A stretch of DNA of 64,000 nt from Planctomycetota bacterium (GTDB lineage Bacteria > Planctomycetota > UBA8108 > SXIK01): assembly GCA_965223265.1 (NCBI GenBank), contig OZ244999.1:7232001-7296000 (forward strand), given 5' to 3'. Made by a program: the position numbers and the translations under genes. Shown piece after piece: positions 58,828 through 64,000 of the stretch (position 1 is the first letter of the stretch; every line of letters starts with the position of its first letter). The notes under the pieces are model-generated. The model had not been told where the DNA came from. It made no database searches and saw nothing but the letters and a program-made list of their open reading frames with translations.

Positions 58828-61620
58828 TCACCCTTCGGAGCTCCGGCGCACCTCGAGATCGAAAACGCTCTCCTCAAGCTCGAGCTCGACGCGAAGGAAG
58901 CCCTCGACGTCGACGCTGTCAGGCGACGTGTTAACCTCGACGCTGCTGGGTCGCGGAGGCACGTACAGTTCATAGCGGCCGGGCTGAAGACCGACGAAGC
59001 GAAACTCTCCGCGCTCGTTGGTGACAGCTGATCGTCGCAGCTCACGCCCCTTCGCGACGACGAACAGCAGGCGATGCTCCGCCTCCCTCTCGCCCTCGAG
59101 CACCAACTTCCCGGCAAGTGACAGTCCGTCATCGAGGGCCACTTCCCGCCGGACGACCTCGTCCCCCGGAGGAAGTATCTCATCGTACGGTCGGTAACGC
59201 TTGTGCCGGACCCGCAGAGCCAGCTGCGCTGCTGCGGGCACGTCGAGTTCAAACGCGCCACGCGAGTCCGTCGTCACCGCACCAACAATGTCATCAGCAC
59301 TGTCCACCTGAGTGGTGAACACGGTAACCTGAGCGGCGCGTACAGGTGACCCGTCACTGGCGCTCTTGACAACACCCAAAATCTGGCGCGCTGCCCGCAG
59401 CACCAGGCGCTGTTCGAGGCGCTCGCCGAATGCAAGATCGACGCGTGACGTCGCCGACAAGTAGCCAGGCGCCTCGATCGAAAGTGCGTACCCACCGGCG
59501 CGTAGCGCTCCGATCTCGAAACGCCCGTCAGGCGACAACACCGTGCGCTCGAAAACGGCGCCCGGCTCATGTCCGTCACGAGGAGCGTCGTGTCGGAGTG
59601 TCACCGTAAACTCTGCCATCGGGCGACCGCTCTCCGACGCGACGACAACCAGTGACAGCCGCGCCTCCTCATCAAGCCGAACGACGGTTTCACCGTCGAT
59701 CACCGCAACCGCTGCGGAGACCACCATCTCCGCCGCGCTCGCCTGCACGAAGTAGTCTCCGGGCGGCAACCCGGCGAAGCGAAAGTTGCCGTCGAGATCG
59801 GAGACTGTGGTCGCGACCGTTAGGCGCGGCCGCGCGTGCCACAGTGCAGCAGCAGAATTCGCCGCATCGTCGAGTGACAAATACGAAAAGAGTTTGACGC
59901 GAGCCGCCGCGACTGGTTGGAAGTGGCGATCAACAACTCGTCCGTAGACGGATCGATCGACGGGGTAGAGTTGCAAGTGAACCCTGGGCGCACTCCCGCG
60001 CGCACTCCCGGGCCCACCGTCGCCACGAACCGACAGCTCCTCCCACGCTTCCTCCTCACCGTCCGTCGCGACGACGAGATAGCGCCCCGGTTTGACGCCG
60101 TCGAAGCGAAAGTCCCCGCCGGCGTCAGTGCGGCTCCTTCGCGTGGCTGGGTGCCACTGCACGTCGCGCCCGCGAACGTGGCGCACGCTTTCCGCTGTCT
60201 CGTGTCGTGAAGCGGCGATGAGTTTGACTCGGGCGGCGGCGGCCGGTCCGTCGCCCTTCATCACGCGACCGCTGATCGCTCCACGCGCGAGGTCGGGGCG
60301 GAGCTCCGACTCGGGTTCTGCGAAGCTACTCAGCACGATGGCTTGCACATCCGCACCACCGACCGGATCGTCCGCTGCTTCTGCGACGACGCGTTCGGCA
60401 AGGAGCGCCGGAACGATCTCCTGGTCCCCGGCGTCGCTCTCCTCACCTGGCTCGGTCTCGAACCAGAATCTGGCCGGACGGTAGCCAGCGCGCGTCACCA
60501 CCACGCGTGCGGCCCCGGCGCGGAGTCCTTCAAGCCGCCAGTAACCTTCTCCATCCGTGATCGTCACGGCAGCGCCCCGAGACCACGCGGCGTCGGTTAC
60601 TTCCGACGTCTCGAACATCGCCTCGAACCCGAGGTCGGTCACCTCGACGCGAGCACCCTCGACACCAGCGCCGCCAGCATCGCGAGCAACGACGCGACCG
60701 AAGAGCGTTCCTTGCGGCGGCACCGCCATGGTTACGTCGACGGCTGGCGCAACAACGATCGTCGTCGATAGCACGTGCCTGGGGCCACCTCGAAACTGGC
60801 GCGAGGAGCCAACCTCCAGGAGATGTTCGCCCTCGGGAACAGCAAGCGAAAAGCTGCCGCTCTCGGTAGCCGCCGCCTCCGCAGCTGGAACCAGGAAGGC
60901 GCCGCTCCAAATCGACCGGGCGGCAGCTTCGTCGACGGAGAGGACTCCGCCCACACCGCCAAGCCGTGATGCTCGCACCATGAAACCTGTTAACGGCACA
61001 CCATCGGTGCGAACGACGGCGCCTTCGATAGTCAGAGCCGGCTCGAGGTTGACAGTCACTGGCGACGGCAGTTTCCCGAGGCGGACGGACGCGATCACAC
61101 GCTCGTACTGCCACCAGCCGGGCGCCACGACCGCGACGAGATAACTCTCCGGCGGAAGGTTCGCAAACGAGAAACTGCCGTCGGAGGCAGTGATCACTGT
61201 CGGCGTGCTGCCTCGCAGTTCCTCGCCGAGTCGGTCGAGACTGAGTTCAAGTTCACTGAGCGGCCTGGTCCCATCTTCGGACTCAACCTCAAAGAACTCG
61301 CTGCGGAGCTCCGTCCAGACTTCGTGGAGACGGGACAAGGCGAGCAAGTGCACCATCGCTCCCGGGAACGGCCGCGCATCAGCCATGACGCGGCCCTTCA
61401 GCACCGCCCGCGCCCGACGGGACGGACGCGCGCTCTCCGGCCGATCGCTCTGCGGCAACGCGCTCTCTCGCTGAGGTTGCTGCGATGGCCCGGACCGTGG
61501 GGCGTCCACGGCATTGGCGAAAAAAACGATTAGCCCAGCAGCGACAAGTAGCACAGAAGCAGCGGACAACAGCGCTGCGGCGCGCGTTAGATTTCGAGAC
61601 CGGTCTCGCGACAAGCTCAT
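58828..61620 (-). CDS. Membrane-anchored protein with tandem carboxypeptidase-regulatory-like (transthyretin-like Ig) domains
   Basis: N-terminal TM; repeated G.V...G.PV..A.V ... T..DG.F.F.GL.PG.Y motifs. Start likely 61620. Confidence 0.85.
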   Translation of the reverse strand: MSLSRDRSRNLTRAAALLSAASVLLVAAGLIVFFANAVDAPRSGPSQQPQRESALPQSDRPESARPSRRARAVLKGRVMADARPFPGAMVHLLALSRLHEVWTELRSEFFEVESEDGTRPLSELELSLDRLGEELRGSTPTVITASDGSFSFANLPPESYLVAVVAPGWWQYERVIASVRLGKLPSPVTVNLEPALTIEGAVVRTDGVPLTGFMVRASRLGGVGGVLSVDEAAARSIWSGAFLVPAAEAAATESGSFSLAVPEGEHLLEVGSSRQFRGGPRHVLSTTIVVAPAVDVTMAVPPQGTLFGRVVARDAGGAGVEGARVEVTDLGFEAMFETSEVTDAAWSRGAAVTITDGEGYWRLEGLRAGAARVVVTRAGYRPARFWFETEPGEESDAGDQEIVPALLAERVVAEAADDPVGGADVQAIVLSSFAEPESELRPDLARGAISGRVMKGDGPAAAARVKLIAASRHETAESVRHVRGRDVQWHPATRRSRTDAGGDFRFDGVKPGRYLVVATDGEEEAWEELSVRGDGGPGSARGSAPRVHLQLYPVDRSVYGRVVDRHFQPVAAARVKLFSYLSLDDAANSAAALWHARPRLTVATTVSDLDGNFRFAGLPPGDYFVQASAAEMVVSAAVAVIDGETVVRLDEEARLSLVVVASESGRPMAEFTVTLRHDAPRDGHEPGAVFERTVLSPDGRFEIGALRAGGYALSIEAPGYLSATSRVDLAFGERLEQRLVLRAARQILGVVKSASDGSPVRAAQVTVFTTQVDSADDIVGAVTTDSRGAFELDVPAAAQLALRVRHKRYRPYDEILPPGDEVVRREVALDDGLSLAGKLVLEGEREAEHRLLFVVAKGRELRRSAVTNERGEFRFVGLQPGRYELYVPPRPSSVEVNTSPDSVDVEGFLRVELELEESVFDLEVRRSSEG

Positions 61621-62024
61621 CTCCCAAGGAAGACTGGTCCGTTCGGAATGCGGCTCCGTCTGACGACGAGGCTGCGGACGTCGTGGCCGTCTCGCCGGGG
61701 CACTCAGCTTTCCTTCGGCCCTGGCGGTCTGACGACTGACGAACGCAATGCTCAGCGTGCAAGTCGGCCGGGAGGCGTCTCCGATCGCGTGAGAATCGAG
61801 CCAGAAATGTGTTTCGACACCTGGCACTCAAACGCGGTGCATGTTGAGACACGAACACCTGCGACTATTTTAGCGCAGTTTTGCTGGCATGCGCTGCATC
61901 GTCATGTTTTTCTCTCATCGCATTCGGTGCACTTGAGCTCGTGTCCCATGTCAACGAATCAGTCGTCCAGCCGTCGAAAGAGGGAACGGATCACTGTCTC
62001 GGGACCGTCAAAGTCGGACGAAAA

Positions 62025-64000
62025 ATGAACGCCAAGCCAAAGACATTCTACATCACAACCGCGATCGACTATCCGAACAGCAGCCCACACATGGGTCACG
62101 CTTATGAGAAGGTCGTCGCAGATTTCTACGCTCGCGCTTACCGCTCATGCGGCTACGACACGCGGTTTTTGATTGGCCTCGACGAGCACGGCCAGAAGAT
62201 TCAAGCGGCGGCAGAAGCTGCCGGAAAAGCGCCCCAGGAATTCGTCGACGAGAAAGCGGTTGTCTTCCGAGATCTATACCGTCTGCTCAACATATCCAAC
62301 GACGACTTCATCCGCACCTCCGAACGCCGCCACCGCAGCTTCTGCCAAGAACTCTTCCAACGCGTCGACGCCAAAGGTGACATCTACAAGGGCCACTACG
62401 AAGGCGAGTACTGCATTTCGTGCGAGCGGTACTATACCGAATCGGAGCTGAATGACGGGCTTTGTCCGGTTCACGAGCAGCCGGTCACGACGGTCAAGGA
62501 AGAGTCGTATTTCTTCAAACTCGGTAAGTTTCGTGAACAACTGCTCCATCACCTGACGTCAAACCCCAACTTCGTTCAGCCGCAAGAGAGGCGCAACGAA
62601 GTTGTGGCGAGGCTCAAGGATGACGTGCGGGACCTCTCCATCTCCCGTTCGACGTTTGATTGGGGAGTCACACTGCCGACAGATCCGTCGCACGTGCTCT
62701 ATGTTTGGTTCGACGCGCTGTCGAACTACATCTCCGCGCTCACCGCACCGAACGACGTATTCGATCGTTACTGGCCGGCCGACTGCCATGTGATCGGCAA
62801 AGACATCAACTGGTTTCACTCGGTGATTTGGCCGTCGATGCTGCTCTCGGCTGGATATCCCTTGCCGAGACAGGTTTATGTCCACGGTTTCATTCTGGAC
62901 AAGGATGGCCGAAAGATGGCGAAACAGCTCGGCAACGTCGTCGATCCGCTTGAGGTCGTCGAGGAGTATTCCGTCGACGTGCTGCGCTTCTATTTCCTAC
63001 GCTGCTTCGCGAGTGGCCACGACGGAAAGTTCTCTATCGACGAACTCAGAGATCGATACAACTCCGAGCTCGCGAATGAGCTCGGCAACCTGGTCCTGCG
63101 AATCGTCAAACTGGTGACGACAAGACTTGGCGGCGAGATCGAGACCTCGGGGCGACCGCTCGAGCTCGACGACACGGCCATGATCGAACAATTCATGACG
63201 CACGTTGACGCTCGGGAGCATCACCGCGCGGTCGACGTCCTGTGGAACTATATCAAGCGGACGAACGCCTATTTGAATGAGCAAGAGCCGTGGAAGCTTA
63301 AAGACGAAAAGCCACTGACGCGAGTTCTCGCGACAGGACTTGAAGCCCTGCGCACGATCTGCGAGCTTCTCGTGCCGGTGATGCCCAACTCGGCGACGCA
63401 GATCGCGGCGGCCATCGGTGCGGAGGTTCGCGGCCTCGAGGACCGACAAACACAGCCAGCGAAGTACCGCGTGACGCTCGGGGAACCGTTGTTTCCACGT
63501 CGCGATGACAAGGCCGACAAGACCGACGCAGGGAGCGCGCCAAAGAAGGCCAAGAGCGACGCCAAGAAAGAGGCAAAGAAGAAGGGCGGCGGTGCGCCGC
63601 CGGCGACGGATCCTTTCGGCAAGCTCGAGCTGCGCGTTGGCGTGATCAAAGACGTGCGCCCTCACCCCGACGCGGATGCACTCTACGCACTGCGGGTCGA
63701 CCTCGGGGAGGAAACCGAACGCTCGATTTGCGCCGGTCTCCGCGAGTATGTCTCGCAGGAAGAACTCGAGGATCGACGCGTACTCGTCGTCGCCAACCTA
63801 AAGCCCGCAAAGCTCCGAGGCATCGAGAGTCGCGGTATGATCCTTGCGGCGGACACTCCGGACGGTCGCGTGGTTCCGGTAAACCCAGGCGAGGCTCCGG
63901 TCGGAGACCTGATCAGTGTCGAGGCAATCGAAACACGCCCGAAAAAGAAGCTCTCGAAGAGTGATTTCGAGAAAGCTCCTCTCCTTGTGAAGGACGGACG
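62025..64000 (+). CDS. metG: Methionyl-tRNA synthetase with C-terminal tRNA-binding domain (runs off the window)
   Basis: Manual translation: MNAKPKTFYITTAIDYPNSSPHMGHAYE, GLDEHGQKI, CISC..CPVH knuckle, YVWFDAL.NY, KMAKQLGN, HPDADALY..VDLGE. Confidence 0.96.
   Translation, partial: MNAKPKTFYITTAIDYPNSSPHMGHAYEKVVADFYARAYRSCGYDTRFLIGLDEHGQKIQAAAEAAGKAPQEFVDEKAVVFRDLYRLLNISNDDFIRTSERRHRSFCQELFQRVDAKGDIYKGHYEGEYCISCERYYTESELNDGLCPVHEQPVTTVKEESYFFKLGKFREQLLHHLTSNPNFVQPQERRNEVVARLKDDVRDLSISRSTFDWGVTLPTDPSHVLYVWFDALSNYISALTAPNDVFDRYWPADCHVIGKDINWFHSVIWPSMLLSAGYPLPRQVYVHGFILDKDGRKMAKQLGNVVDPLEVVEEYSVDVLRFYFLRCFASGHDGKFSIDELRDRYNSELANELGNLVLRIVKLVTTRLGGEIETSGRPLELDDTAMIEQFMTHVDAREHHRAVDVLWNYIKRTNAYLNEQEPWKLKDEKPLTRVLATGLEALRTICELLVPVMPNSATQIAAAIGAEVRGLEDRQTQPAKYRVTLGEPLFPRRDDKADKTDAGSAPKKAKSDAKKEAKKKGGGAPPATDPFGKLELRVGVIKDVRPHPDADALYALRVDLGEETERSICAGLREYVSQEELEDRRVLVVANLKPAKLRGIESRGMILAADTPDGRVVPVNPGEAPVGDLISVEAIETRPKKKLSKSDFEKAPLLVKDG

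Overview
GC-rich bacterial chromosomal window with no rRNA, tRNA, CRISPR array or intact transposase recognised. Gene content suggests an uncultured Planctomycetota/PVC-type organism; this is inferred from ECF sigma factors with long C-terminal extensions or kinase partners, carboxypeptidase-regulatory-like repeat proteins, dockerin-like C-terminal tags and a DUF367/Tsr3-like gene. Housekeeping genes are dnaE, korAB-type 2-oxoacid:ferredoxin oxidoreductase, pgi, a xylulokinase, pncA, a BamA-family protein and metG (truncated by the window end). They are interleaved with secreted and signalling proteins. Highlights: (1) an enlarged cobalamin riboswitch with promoter and RBS-sequestering platform controls an unannotated secreted beta-propeller/dockerin-like protein, a candidate new B12-capture protein; (2) the same dockerin-like tail occurs on three unrelated secreted proteins; (3) a three-copy fold-back MITE family, GTAG-type REP doublets and a nested repeat pile-up upstream of dnaE; (4) a (GTGTGC)8(GTGGGC)11 Z-DNA/G4-prone microsatellite upstream of pncA; (5) CBS proteins bracket korAB; (6) a probably catalytically dead GH36-like/NPCBM protein; (7) an AAA+ ATPase paired with a TraB/YehM-like protein. 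All family calls are from reading motifs by eye; no database search was run.
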